A DNA stretch of 39,249 nt from a virus (IMGVR_UViG_3300030376_002859:1-39249); one strand, 5' to 3'; shown: positions 24,647-34,060, counted from the first letter of the stretch. Numbers and translations: made by a program. Notes: a model not told the origin generated them from the letters alone.

Positions 24647-24952
24647 ATGGCTAAACCTACAGGAGGATTAACAGCGTGGTTCGGTAAAGGACCTAAAGGA
24701 GATTGGGTTGACATAGGTGCACCCAAGAAAAAAGGTAAGTTTCAAGCTTGTGGTAGAAAGTCTGCAAGTAAAAGTAAAAGATCTTACCCTAAATGTGTAC
24801 CAAGATCTAAAGCTAAGAGTATGACAGCTGCACAAAGAAAAAGTGCAGTGTCTAGAAAAAGATCTAAAGCACAAGGTGTAGGTGGTAAACCCACTAACGT
24901 AAAAACTATAGTAAGAAAGAAAAAAACTACTAGAAGGAGAAAAAAGAAATGA
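24647..24952 (+). CDS. Highly basic protein
   Basis: GGLTAWF...WVDI...CGRK...YPKCVP..KA..MT..QRKSAV.RKR; K/R-rich tail. Confidence 0.75.
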   Translation: MAKPTGGLTAWFGKGPKGDWVDIGAPKKKGKFQACGRKSASKSKRSYPKCVPRSKAKSMTAAQRKSAVSRKRSKAQGVGGKPTNVKTIVRKKKTTRRRKKK

Positions 24953-25212
24953 AGCAAGTACCTAAAGGAAGTAAAGGTAAAGGTCTTAGTAAATTACCTA
25001 AGACTGTTAGAAATAAAATGGGCTACATGAAAAAAGGTGGAACAGCTATGAAGAAAGCTAAAGGTTATAAAAAAGGCGGATCAGCCATGAAGAAAGCTAA
25101 AGGCTACAAAAAAGGTGGAGTCGCTACTAAAAAAGCTAAGGGATATAGCAAAGGCGGAGTACCTAGAAAAGCTAAAGGAATGAAAAGGGGTGGGGCAGGG
25201 TCTAAGAGATAG
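24949..25212 (+). CDS. Basic repeat protein with five [YMK]xxGG-ending units
   Basis: GYMKKGG, then 13-aa units TAMKKAKGYKKGG, SAMKKAKGYKKGG, VATKKAKGYSKGG and 12-aa VPRKAKGMKRGG; AAGGAG SD. Confidence 0.8.
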   Translation: MKQVPKGSKGKGLSKLPKTVRNKMGYMKKGGTAMKKAKGYKKGGSAMKKAKGYKKGGVATKKAKGYSKGGVPRKAKGMKRGGAGSKR

Positions 25213-25215
25213 ACT

Positions 25216-25878
25216 ATGCCAAATCTCATATCGAATGTACCCTACTTTAAAGTATGGGTAAGAAAAGAGTTTACAGCTAATCACCAGGATTATCATGGTG
25301 AATTTCTACATGGACTAGTAATAGCAGTAAATTGTATACCAGATAGATCATTATCTTTTCAGATTGTATTTACTGGTTGTGAAGCTGAAGATGATGAGCC
25401 TAATGTACATGGCGGTGCTATGTGGGCTCGAATGCCAATACAAGGTCTAGTTGCTGACATACCACTAGATGAATGGCCTGACAGAATGGAAAATCATTTA
25501 TGTCAACCTTGGGATTGTATGTCAAGACAACACTCAGTTGTCGTAATGGATAGAACATCATCATCCCCTTGGTATGCTAAGATAGATGGTGAGTTTTATT
25601 TAGCTAAGTATATCTTTACTGTAGACTATACAGAAGATGAAATAGCTGATAGTCCGGACCAACATAAACAAAGTCATGTACTATACTTGACTGAAGGCCA
25701 GTGGAAAGGAAACATAGTAGCATTACCTAATAATAGAGTAAGAGTTACTAATCCTGCATTATGGGTTACTGGAGAAGGAGCTCCTGATTTTGCTCCTAGT
25801 CAATGGACTCATAGTAGCGAAGAACATGAAAGTTATACTGATCCACATATAACTTTTAATAATTTGTATAAGGACTAG
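25216..25878 (+). CDS. Acidic globular protein of unknown function (candidate Cys/His peptidase)
   Basis: 220 aa; motifs QPWDCMS, KYIFTVDY, DQHKQSH, ALPNNR. The ORF is solid; the function is a hypothesis. Confidence 0.75.
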   Translation: MPNLISNVPYFKVWVRKEFTANHQDYHGEFLHGLVIAVNCIPDRSLSFQIVFTGCEAEDDEPNVHGGAMWARMPIQGLVADIPLDEWPDRMENHLCQPWDCMSRQHSVVVMDRTSSSPWYAKIDGEFYLAKYIFTVDYTEDEIADSPDQHKQSHVLYLTEGQWKGNIVALPNNRVRVTNPALWVTGEGAPDFAPSQWTHSSEEHESYTDPHITFNNLYKD

Positions 25879-25879
25879 T

Positions 25880-26143
25880 ATGGCTAGAAACTATAAAAAG
25901 GAATACAAAAATTACCATAGTAAAGATGATCAAAAAAAAAGAAGAGCATCTAGAAACAAGGTAAGAAGAGCTGCTTTACGTAAAGGTAAAGTAACTAAAG
26001 GTGATAAAAAAGATATAGATCACAAAGATGGTAATCCTAGGAATAATAAAAAAAGTAATCTTAGGGTAGTATCAAGAAGTAAAAATAGATCCTTTCCTCG
26101 TAATAAAAAAGCAGGAAAGAAAATTGTAAGGAGAAAGAAATGA
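25880..26143 (+). CDS. Small HNH endonuclease
   Basis: KDIDHKDGNPRNNKKSNLRVVSRSKNRS. Confidence 0.8.
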   Translation: MARNYKKEYKNYHSKDDQKKRRASRNKVRRAALRKGKVTKGDKKDIDHKDGNPRNNKKSNLRVVSRSKNRSFPRNKKAGKKIVRRKK

Positions 26144-26277
26144 AAAATTTAATAATTGTATTTGTATTAAGTTTAAGTTTAATAGGTTGTGCTGCGTCAC
26201 AAATATCTTTAACAGCGTCTGCACCAAAAGGTAAAGACTTAGATATTACTATTAAAACTAAAGAAAAAACTGAGTAA
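26140..26277 (+). CDS. 45-aa lipoprotein, not in the ORF track
   Basis: MKNLIIVFVLSLSLIG-C lipobox; AAGGAG SD; ATGA overlap. Confidence 0.7.
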   Translation: MKNLIIVFVLSLSLIGCAASQISLTASAPKGKDLDITIKTKEKTE

Positions 26278-26289
26278 AGGAGAAGCACT

Positions 26290-26463
26290 ATGCCAATGGT
26301 TGGAGATAAAAAGTTTTCTTATACTGACGATGGTAAAAGACAAGCTAAACAATATGCTAACGAAACAAGTAAGTTAATGCATGTAGGTTACAGAAAAGGT
26401 GGTAAACCTCTTAAAGTAGATTCTCCTACTGGTAAGAAATGTGTGTTTGGTCTTAAAAAATAA
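26290..26463 (+). CDS. 57-aa basic protein with GYRKGG motif, not in the ORF track
   Basis: MPMVGDKKFSYTDDGKRQAKQYA...VGYRKGGKP..; AAGGAG SD; stop abuts the next ATG. Confidence 0.7.
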   Translation: MPMVGDKKFSYTDDGKRQAKQYANETSKLMHVGYRKGGKPLKVDSPTGKKCVFGLKK

Positions 26464-26805
26464 ATGGCTATACCTGTATTTAAATCACAATCAGTAGCTT
26501 TATCTACTACAAATAGAACTACTATTTATACAACTCCTAGTTTATCTCGTGCTGTTATTACATCAATAATGATAGCAAACGTAGATGCATCTTCTGCTGC
26601 TACAGTTAAATTAGAGTTTTTTGATGCATCAGCTACTACTCACTTTGCACTTACAGGAGCTAAAAGTATAGCTGCAAATGATTTTTTAGTTATATCTGAT
26701 TCTCCTATTTACTTTGATACAGGAGATCTTTTATCGGCAACAGCAGGTACAGCTGACGATATAACAGTTACTGCTTTCGTAGAAGAGTATTCAACAGGAT
26801 TCTAA
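26464..26805 (+). CDS. Beta-rich putative virion structural protein
   Basis: T/S/A-rich 113 aa with TTIYT.P..AVITSIMIANV and FDTGDLL patterns. Confidence 0.6.
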   Translation: MAIPVFKSQSVALSTTNRTTIYTTPSLSRAVITSIMIANVDASSAATVKLEFFDASATTHFALTGAKSIAANDFLVISDSPIYFDTGDLLSATAGTADDITVTAFVEEYSTGF

Positions 26806-27186
26806 ATGTCAAAAGAACTAACAGAAAAACAAAAAAAATTTATAGATGCTTTATTTGGTGAAGCAATGGGTAATCACAGACTAGCAATGGACATAGCAGG
26901 CTATAGTCCTAACACTACCTGGAGAGATGTTACAGCTAATCTTAACGAAGAAATATTACAAGCTTCAAAAGAATATTTATCCATGCATGCACCTAAAGCA
27001 GCAGTTGCAATAACAGGTATCATTGATGATCCTACTGAGTTAGGTAATAGAGATAAACTTACTGCAGCAAAAGATGTATTGGATAGAGCAGGCGTAGTAA
27101 AGCAAGAGAAGATAGAAGTAAACACTCCTTCTGGTTTGTTTATACTACCTTCTAAGAATGAAGAAGAAGAAGTAGATGGAAATTGA
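26806..27186 (+). CDS. Putative terminase small subunit
   Basis: LTEKQKKFIDAL..A..IAGYS HTH-like start; AAKDVLDRAG; upstream of terL. Confidence 0.65.
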   Translation: MSKELTEKQKKFIDALFGEAMGNHRLAMDIAGYSPNTTWRDVTANLNEEILQASKEYLSMHAPKAAVAITGIIDDPTELGNRDKLTAAKDVLDRAGVVKQEKIEVNTPSGLFILPSKNEEEEVDGN

Positions 27187-27535
27187 ATATAAAAGAAAAC
27201 TAGGTTCTACTGTTCCGTTTGGTTGGGAACTTGTAGAAAACTCAAAAGACTTATTAAGAAGCATACCAGAACAACAAGAACTATTAGATATAGCTAAACA
27301 ACATGCTAAAACATCTAGTCTACGTGAAGTAGCTAAATGGTTGTCAGCAAAAAGTGGTAGATCTATATCACATGTTGCTCTATTTAAAATGCTAAAGAAG
27401 GATGAAAGTGAACGAAATAAAAAAGCAGCAACTATTAGATGGGAGCGAGTTAAAGCCAAGACAAGGGCAGAGACGCAAGAAGACCTCATCAAAGAAGCAG
27501 AAAATTATTCGAGCCAAAAGGAAGCCACCAGTTAG
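27176..27535 (+). CDS. Putative DNA-binding protein (recombinase-domain-like HTH)
   Basis: VPFGW..L..IPEQQE..SLREVAKWLS..SGRSISHVAL. Confidence 0.6.
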   Translation: MEIEYKRKLGSTVPFGWELVENSKDLLRSIPEQQELLDIAKQHAKTSSLREVAKWLSAKSGRSISHVALFKMLKKDESERNKKAATIRWERVKAKTRAETQEDLIKEAENYSSQKEATS

Positions 27536-28985
27536 GGCTAATATAGTCGAGACTGATGATGATCTACAAGTTATCGAAGAAGAAAGAGATATTGTATTTC
27601 AACCTAACAGTGGTCCACAGACAGACTTCTTAGCAGCTAATGAAAAAGAAGTTTTATATGGTGGTGCGGCAGGTGGAGGTAAATCCTACGCTTTACTAGC
27701 GGATGTGTTGCGATATTGCAACCATCCTAACCATAGTGCTCTTCTACTTAGAAGAACAAATGATGAGTTAAGAGAGCTAGTACAGAAGAGTCAGGAATTA
27801 TATCCAAGAGTATTTCCTGGTGCTAAGTGGAGTGAAAGAAAGTCTTTATGGACATTTCCCTCTGGTGCTAGAATATGGATGACATATCTTGAACAAGATA
27901 AAGACGTTCTAAGATACCAAGGACAAGCTTTTACTTGGATAGGTGTAGATGAGCTTACTCAGTATGGTACACCATATGCTTGGAACTATTTACGTTCTCG
28001 TTTACGTACTGTAGATAATGATTTACCTACGTATATGAGAGGCACTACTAACCCAGGTGGTCCTGGTCACATGTGGGTTAAAAAAATGTTTATTGATCCT
28101 GCTGCTTATAACTCATCGTTTTGGGCAACAGATATAGAAAATGGAGAAGTACTAACTTATCCTAAAGGGCATGAAAAAGAAGGTAATCCTTTATTTAAAA
28201 GAAGGTTTATACCTGCTAAACTTACAGACAATCCTTACCTTTCTGAGGCAGGAGAGTATGAAGCAAACTTGTTATCTTTACCTGAAGTACAAAGACAACA
28301 ATTACTAGAAGGTTCTTGGGATATAGCAGAAGGTGCTGCCTTCACAGAGTTTAATAGAGATATACATGTAGTAGAACCTTATAGTGTTCCTGCTTCATGG
28401 AAAAGATTTAGAACATGTGACTATGGGTATTCAAGTTGGTCAGCATGTTTATGGGTAGCAGTGAGGCCAGATAATAAATTAATTGTATATAGAGAACTTT
28501 ATGCACAAAAGAAAACAGCAGAAGAGTTAGCAGACTTAATACTAAGTATTGAAAGAGAGAACGATGATAAGATTTGGTATGGTGTTCTTGACTCATCTTG
28601 TTGGCATAACAGAGGACAGACAGGTCCTTCGATTGCAGAAACAATGATATTGAGAGGATGTCGATGGAGACAGTCCGATAGAAGTAAAGGAAGTAGAGTA
28701 GCAGGTAAAAATGAGCTACATAGATTATTAAGAGTAGATGAAGAAACAGGAGAAGCAGGGGTTGAATTTTTTTCAAATTGTGTTAAACTTATATCAGAAT
28801 TACCACAAATACCTTTAGATAAAAATAATCCTGAAGATGTGAATACTAAAATAGACTACGACCACGGATATGATGCACTACGTTATGGTATTATGTCCAG
28901 ACCAACTCCTAGAGGGTTGTATGACTTTTCCAACACCGATTGGAAAAAACCTTGGAAACCTGCTGATCAGGTATTTGGATATTAA
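27402..28985 (+). CDS. terL: Terminase large subunit
   Basis: Walker A YGGAAGGGKS, Walker B IGVDE, TTNPGG, RNase H-like nuclease TCDYGY and DHGYDALRY. Confidence 0.95.
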   Translation: MKVNEIKKQQLLDGSELKPRQGQRRKKTSSKKQKIIRAKRKPPVRANIVETDDDLQVIEEERDIVFQPNSGPQTDFLAANEKEVLYGGAAGGGKSYALLADVLRYCNHPNHSALLLRRTNDELRELVQKSQELYPRVFPGAKWSERKSLWTFPSGARIWMTYLEQDKDVLRYQGQAFTWIGVDELTQYGTPYAWNYLRSRLRTVDNDLPTYMRGTTNPGGPGHMWVKKMFIDPAAYNSSFWATDIENGEVLTYPKGHEKEGNPLFKRRFIPAKLTDNPYLSEAGEYEANLLSLPEVQRQQLLEGSWDIAEGAAFTEFNRDIHVVEPYSVPASWKRFRTCDYGYSSWSACLWVAVRPDNKLIVYRELYAQKKTAEELADLILSIERENDDKIWYGVLDSSCWHNRGQTGPSIAETMILRGCRWRQSDRSKGSRVAGKNELHRLLRVDEETGEAGVEFFSNCVKLISELPQIPLDKNNPEDVNTKIDYDHGYDALRYGIMSRPTPRGLYDFSNTDWKKPWKPADQVFGY

Positions 28986-28987
28986 AT

Positions 28988-31063
28988 ATGGCTGAAGAAA
29001 ACACTACAGAAACAGAACTAGAAATGGAATTAGAAGATAGTCAAAAAATGACATTATCTTCTTATATTAGAGATAAATTTAATTACTCATATGACTCTCG
29101 TTACTCACAAGAATCAAGATGGATGGAGTCTTATAGAAACTATAGAGGTATCTATGGTTCAGAAACACAATTTACAGAAACCGAAAAAAGCCAAGTATTT
29201 TTAAAAGTTACAAAAACAAAAGTAACTGCTGCGTATGGTCAGATTATTGACGTACTGTTTGCAGGACAAAAGTTTCCATTAGGAGTTGATGCAACAAGAT
29301 TACCAGATGGTGTAGAAGAATCTGTACACTTTGATCCTAAGAATCCAACTCAACCACAAGATGATCCTAACCAAGGTAGTTTATTTCCACCAGGCTCTAA
29401 AGAAGAAGAGCTAGAGTTAGGAGCATTAAAAGAATTAGCAGATGACTTAGAATTAAAAGAAGGTGCAGGCGTTACTCCTACATCTATTACATATCATCCT
29501 GCAGAAGAAGCAGCTCGTGCTATGGAAAAAAAGATACTTGATCAATTAGAAGAATCTTCAGCTTCTAAACATTTAAGATCAGCAGCATTTGAAATGTCTT
29601 TATTTGGTACAGGAATACTAAAAGGACCATTTGCTCAAGACAAAGAATACCCAAGATGGGAACAAGATGAAGAAGGTAATGGTACATATACACCTGAAAT
29701 AAAAACAGTTCCTAGATTAGAGTTTGTTTCTTGTTGGGATTTCTATCCTGATCCTGCAGCTAATAATATGGATGAGGTAGAATATGTGATTCAGCGACAT
29801 AAATTAAACCATGCTGATATGAGGGCACTAAAGAATCGCCCTCTGTTTGACGAAGATGCCCTAGATGAATGTATCGAAATGGGCACTAACTACACCAGAC
29901 AATGGTGGGAGGATGATTTAGATGACTACGATTCGACAAATGTTAGCGTTGATCGCTACGAAGTCCTTGAGTTTTGGGGCAACATTGATAGAACAGTTGC
30001 AGAAGACGCAGGCTTGGATATACCTAGAGAATACTCAGACGTGGATTTGGTTCAAATCAACGCTTGGGTTTGTAACGACAAAATTTTACGGTTGGCGTTT
30101 AATCCTTTTATGCCTATCCGTATTCCTTATTTTGCTGCTCCTTATGAGTTAAACCCTTACTCTTTCTTTGGAGTAGGGTTAGCAGAAAACATGGTAGATA
30201 CACAACAGCTAATGAACGGCTTTATGCGAATGGCTGTTGATAATGCTGTTCTATCAGGTAACCTGATATTTGAGATTGATGAAACGAATCTCGTACCAGG
30301 TCAAGACCTAGAAGTATACCCTGGTAAGATATTTAGGAGACAAGGTGGAGCACCTGGTCAAGCACTATTTGCTACACAGTATCCTAATGTATCTTCTCAG
30401 AATTTGATGATGTTTGATAAAGCAAGAGCCTTGTCCGATGAATCTACAGGCATTCCGTCTTTCTCACATGGTCAGACTGGAATACAAGGAACTGGTAGAA
30501 CAGCGGCAGGGATATCTATGCTAATGGGTGCAGCTCAGATATCTATTAAGACAGTGGTTAAAAATATAGATGACTATCTATTACAACCACTAGGTGAATC
30601 TTTCTATGCCTTTAATCAGCAATTTGATTTTGATCCTGATGTACAAGGCGATATAGAAATAAAAGCTAGAGGTACAGAAAGCCTTATGCGTAACGAAGTA
30701 AGAAGTCAAAGACTATTACAACTTATGCAAATTGGTTCTAATCCTGCACTAGCACCTTTTGTAAAGTTCCCAGTAATACTAAGAGAGATAGCACACTCAT
30801 TTGATCTTGATGCTGAGAAGTTTGTAAATGATGAAAGAGAAGCTTTAAGACAAGCTAAAGTTATGCAAGCATCTGGAATGATGCAAGGACCACCACAACA
30901 ACCACCAGGGGCAGGAGCACCACCTCCACCAGAAGGAGGAGGAACAGTTCCACCAACTAGTCCTGCAGGTACAGGCAATAGTCAGATAGGTCCTGGCGGA
31001 GCACCTGAACCAGGAATGCCAGGCTTTTCAGGAAGGCCACCTAGTGAAGGAGAAATACAGTGA
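28988..31063 (+). CDS. Portal protein
   Basis: 691 aa directly after terL; FGTGILK, WDFYPDP, PYSFFGVG, GRTAAGISML; Pro/Gly-rich tail. Confidence 0.88.
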   Translation: MAEENTTETELEMELEDSQKMTLSSYIRDKFNYSYDSRYSQESRWMESYRNYRGIYGSETQFTETEKSQVFLKVTKTKVTAAYGQIIDVLFAGQKFPLGVDATRLPDGVEESVHFDPKNPTQPQDDPNQGSLFPPGSKEEELELGALKELADDLELKEGAGVTPTSITYHPAEEAARAMEKKILDQLEESSASKHLRSAAFEMSLFGTGILKGPFAQDKEYPRWEQDEEGNGTYTPEIKTVPRLEFVSCWDFYPDPAANNMDEVEYVIQRHKLNHADMRALKNRPLFDEDALDECIEMGTNYTRQWWEDDLDDYDSTNVSVDRYEVLEFWGNIDRTVAEDAGLDIPREYSDVDLVQINAWVCNDKILRLAFNPFMPIRIPYFAAPYELNPYSFFGVGLAENMVDTQQLMNGFMRMAVDNAVLSGNLIFEIDETNLVPGQDLEVYPGKIFRRQGGAPGQALFATQYPNVSSQNLMMFDKARALSDESTGIPSFSHGQTGIQGTGRTAAGISMLMGAAQISIKTVVKNIDDYLLQPLGESFYAFNQQFDFDPDVQGDIEIKARGTESLMRNEVRSQRLLQLMQIGSNPALAPFVKFPVILREIAHSFDLDAEKFVNDEREALRQAKVMQASGMMQGPPQQPPGAGAPPPPEGGGTVPPTSPAGTGNSQIGPGGAPEPGMPGFSGRPPSEGEIQ

Positions 31064-31302
31064 GTCCAGAAGTAGCTAGAAAATTATTAGTAGTAGCTAA
31101 TAATAAACAATCTATAGATGCTTTATTTGATTATGCAGAAGAAAGAATTAAGTCTCATGTAAAAAATCTTATAAGAGAAACAGACCATAACAAGATAATA
31201 CAAATACAAGGTAGCATACATGAGTTACAAAGATTTGCTACGTTCAGGGATGAAGTAATACAAAAAGCTAAAGAGGGGAAAAATGGAAACATTACTAGAT
31301 AA
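31060..31302 (+). CDS. Small helical protein downstream of the portal
   Basis: GTGA overlap, AAGGAG SD; IIQIQGSIHEL motif. Confidence 0.7.
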   Translation: MSPEVARKLLVVANNKQSIDALFDYAEERIKSHVKNLIRETDHNKIIQIQGSIHELQRFATFRDEVIQKAKEGKNGNITR

Positions 31303-33991
31303 AAAACCAGGTGAAGGAGAAGGTGACGGTTTAAAAGACCCATCTATAGTTAGCCCAGATACTGCTGAAAAAAAACAAATGGATAGTGCATTAAAAAAAG
31401 GGGTTAAAAAAGCATCTACAGGTGGTCCAAAAGTTTCTATTGATATAGAAAAACTATTAAACCCAGACAGAATACTTAGTGCTAACGAAGGTGCAATGCC
31501 TGTAACCGAAGAAGAAATTAAAGAACAAAGCACTAGACAACAAAGAAGATCTCAAATTATAAATCAGTTAGATGAAGCAGGTCTTTCTGTTCCTGCTATA
31601 AAAGCAATAGTAGGTAATATAGATATAGAAACTGGTGGTACTTTTAGTCACACACAAAAACAAGAAGGCGGTAATGGTTACGGATTATTTCAACTTGATT
31701 TTCAAAAACCTTTTTATGATAAATATTTAGAATCTCAAAATTTAGAAGACAGTATTAGTTCTCAAGTATCTTATTTTTTAAATGAAATAAATACAGGTGA
31801 TACTATAGGTGCAGGTAATGCTAAAAGTATAATGGATGTATTTAATGATCCAAAAGCTACACCAAAAGAAGCAACAATAATATTAGTTGATAAATTTTTT
31901 AAACCAGGTAAACCCCATTTAGAAAGAAGAATAGCATCTGCTATGCAAGGGTATGATGAAGAATTAGAAGGATTTAAAGAAGGTGGCCTAGCAGATAATG
32001 CTGATGATACACCAGGTGCTACAGAAAGTGAAGTAGCTGATGATATACCTGCTATGATATCTGAAGGTGAATTAGTAGTCCCTGCTAACGTAGTTCGTTA
32101 CCATGGTTTAGCTAAATATGAAAACATGCGTAAAACAGCATTAAAAGCTTTAGATGAATTAGAAGATAATGGACAGATAAGACCTGTTGATGAAGATGGT
32201 ACACCTATTGATAAAGAAGTAAAAAAACAAACAGATGAAGTAATGGCTAGTAAAGGTGCTACTGTAGCTAGATATAATGAGGGTGGTTCTCCTGAAGTAG
32301 TTTCTGATTTCGTTAGAGATGATAATGAAAAAGTAATAGGTAGACCTGTTGATCCTGATCTAAAAAAAGATCTTAAACCAGTTGGTCCTAGAGTAACTAC
32401 TAGAGAAGGACAAACAATAACACCTGACGATAGTGGTAATAAAGCAACACTTAGAACACCAGAAGGTAAAAACTACAGAGTAACTAATCCTAATACAAAG
32501 ATAACAGCCACAGGTCCAAGAACTACAAATATTATAGGTGGTGATTATACAGGAGGTGCTAACTTACCTAGTTTTGGCGTAGATAAAGGAACAGGTGGAG
32601 GAGATAAAAAAGATTTAGGAGACAAAATAGTAGATGAGTTAACTCCTTACGTAAAAGCAGGATTAACCATAAGTGCATTAGATATATTATTTAATCAAGG
32701 AAAAATAACAGCCGATGCTTTAACTTGGGCTAAAGATAATATATTTAGTGGTCAGGTATTTAATCCTGAAAGGTGGACTTTATTTAAAGATGGCAAACTA
32801 AAAATAAGTTATGACAGTGTTACAAAAGGAGCACAAGCAGCAACAGGAGCATTAACAGAAACAGCAAAAAATATAGCAGCTGGTCAGTCTATTACATCTC
32901 AGATATCTATTGTTGATGGAAAATATATTTTTAATGGAGTTGAGTATACTTCAATGGATGAAGCTGTTCGTGCAGGTGAAACTTTAAAAGAAAGTTTAAC
33001 AACTAGTGATGCTGTAACATCTGGTGCTGATGCTGTAACAGTAGGAGAGGGTGGTGTATGGAATTGGAAAACAGGTTTAGCTGCAGTAGGTGCAGGATTA
33101 TCACTATACGATATTATAGAAAATGGACCTAGTGTTGGTAATGTTGCAGGACTAGGATACTCAACAGGTGTGTTAGCACAAGGTGGAGCATTTGGATCAG
33201 CAGCTGCTGCCTCAGCAACAGGAGCAACAATGTCAGCAGCAATAACTGCATTAGGTTATATAGCATTAGCTGCAGGCTTAGTACAAATGTTTAGTGGTCC
33301 TCCTTCTAATAAAGTAGGCGAAGCTGCATATAACTTTGATAACCCAGAATATAATCCAGACGATATTTTATCAGGTGGTTTTTGGACTAAAAAAAGAAGT
33401 GACGAAAACATAAATGGTGCTAGAGATATAGTAGCTACAGTAGGTTCTTATGTTTCAGCTATGGAACAATCATTAGACATAGATATAGGTGGAGAATTAT
33501 TTATTGATGTAGGTAATAGAGAAGGTCTTAGATATGGTTATGTTGAAGGCTACGATGAACTAGGCATGTATAAATACCATAAAAAAGATCTTGATTACGA
33601 TTTACTACATGGTCCAGGACAAGTAGGAAAAGGATTTACAGGAGAAAATTCAGTTACACAATTAATGGATCAAATTAATGATGATGTAAATGTTATTACT
33701 ATGTTTGCATTAGCTGATAAAGCTGCAGGCGGAAAAGGGTATGCAACATTTGATAAGATTGGCGAGTATAGAAAAAAAATAAATACATTATCTACATACA
33801 AATCTGGTATGGCAGGATCAAACACTACAGCAGTACTAACAGATCAAGAAAGAAATCTTTTAGAAGGATTTCAAAAGAAAGAATTTGCTCAAGTTACAGG
33901 AGAAGAACTTGCAGCATTAATGCCTATCTATGACAAGATAGCACCAGTGCAACAACAGAATACTTATAGCTTTACAGGGCTAGGTAGTTAA
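31283..33991 (+). CDS. Multidomain internal virion/ejection-type protein with phage tail lysozyme domain
   Basis: AIVGNIDIETGG..GYGLFQL..QVSYFLNEI..ERRIASA (Phage_lysozyme2-like); ADDIPAMISEGELVVPANVVRYHG module; Gly/Ala-rich hydrophobic helices. Confidence 0.75.
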   Translation: METLLDKKPGEGEGDGLKDPSIVSPDTAEKKQMDSALKKGVKKASTGGPKVSIDIEKLLNPDRILSANEGAMPVTEEEIKEQSTRQQRRSQIINQLDEAGLSVPAIKAIVGNIDIETGGTFSHTQKQEGGNGYGLFQLDFQKPFYDKYLESQNLEDSISSQVSYFLNEINTGDTIGAGNAKSIMDVFNDPKATPKEATIILVDKFFKPGKPHLERRIASAMQGYDEELEGFKEGGLADNADDTPGATESEVADDIPAMISEGELVVPANVVRYHGLAKYENMRKTALKALDELEDNGQIRPVDEDGTPIDKEVKKQTDEVMASKGATVARYNEGGSPEVVSDFVRDDNEKVIGRPVDPDLKKDLKPVGPRVTTREGQTITPDDSGNKATLRTPEGKNYRVTNPNTKITATGPRTTNIIGGDYTGGANLPSFGVDKGTGGGDKKDLGDKIVDELTPYVKAGLTISALDILFNQGKITADALTWAKDNIFSGQVFNPERWTLFKDGKLKISYDSVTKGAQAATGALTETAKNIAAGQSITSQISIVDGKYIFNGVEYTSMDEAVRAGETLKESLTTSDAVTSGADAVTVGEGGVWNWKTGLAAVGAGLSLYDIIENGPSVGNVAGLGYSTGVLAQGGAFGSAAAASATGATMSAAITALGYIALAAGLVQMFSGPPSNKVGEAAYNFDNPEYNPDDILSGGFWTKKRSDENINGARDIVATVGSYVSAMEQSLDIDIGGELFIDVGNREGLRYGYVEGYDELGMYKYHKKDLDYDLLHGPGQVGKGFTGENSVTQLMDQINDDVNVITMFALADKAAGGKGYATFDKIGEYRKKINTLSTYKSGMAGSNTTAVLTDQERNLLEGFQKKEFAQVTGEELAALMPIYDKIAPVQQQNTYSFTGLGS

Positions 33992-34001
33992 GCACTGTTT
34001 A

Positions 34002-34047
34002 ATGGCTACCTACTAACCCCTAGCAATAGGCAACTGAGTAGCCCCAT
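34002..34047 (+). ncRNA. Structured leader hairpin before the scaffold gene with two C(N)AC/CC internal loops
   Basis: ATGG/CCAT, CTAC opposite CC, CTACT/AGTAG, CC opposite CAAC, CCTA-GCAA-TAGG; ends immediately before SD AAAGGAG. Confidence 0.7.
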
Positions 34048-34060
34048 AAAGGAGAAATAA

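Noticed and set aside
27176-27535. Integrase or lysogeny module
   Set aside because: Only a recombinase-like DNA-binding segment without a catalytic domain; no integrase, repressor pair or att site seen.
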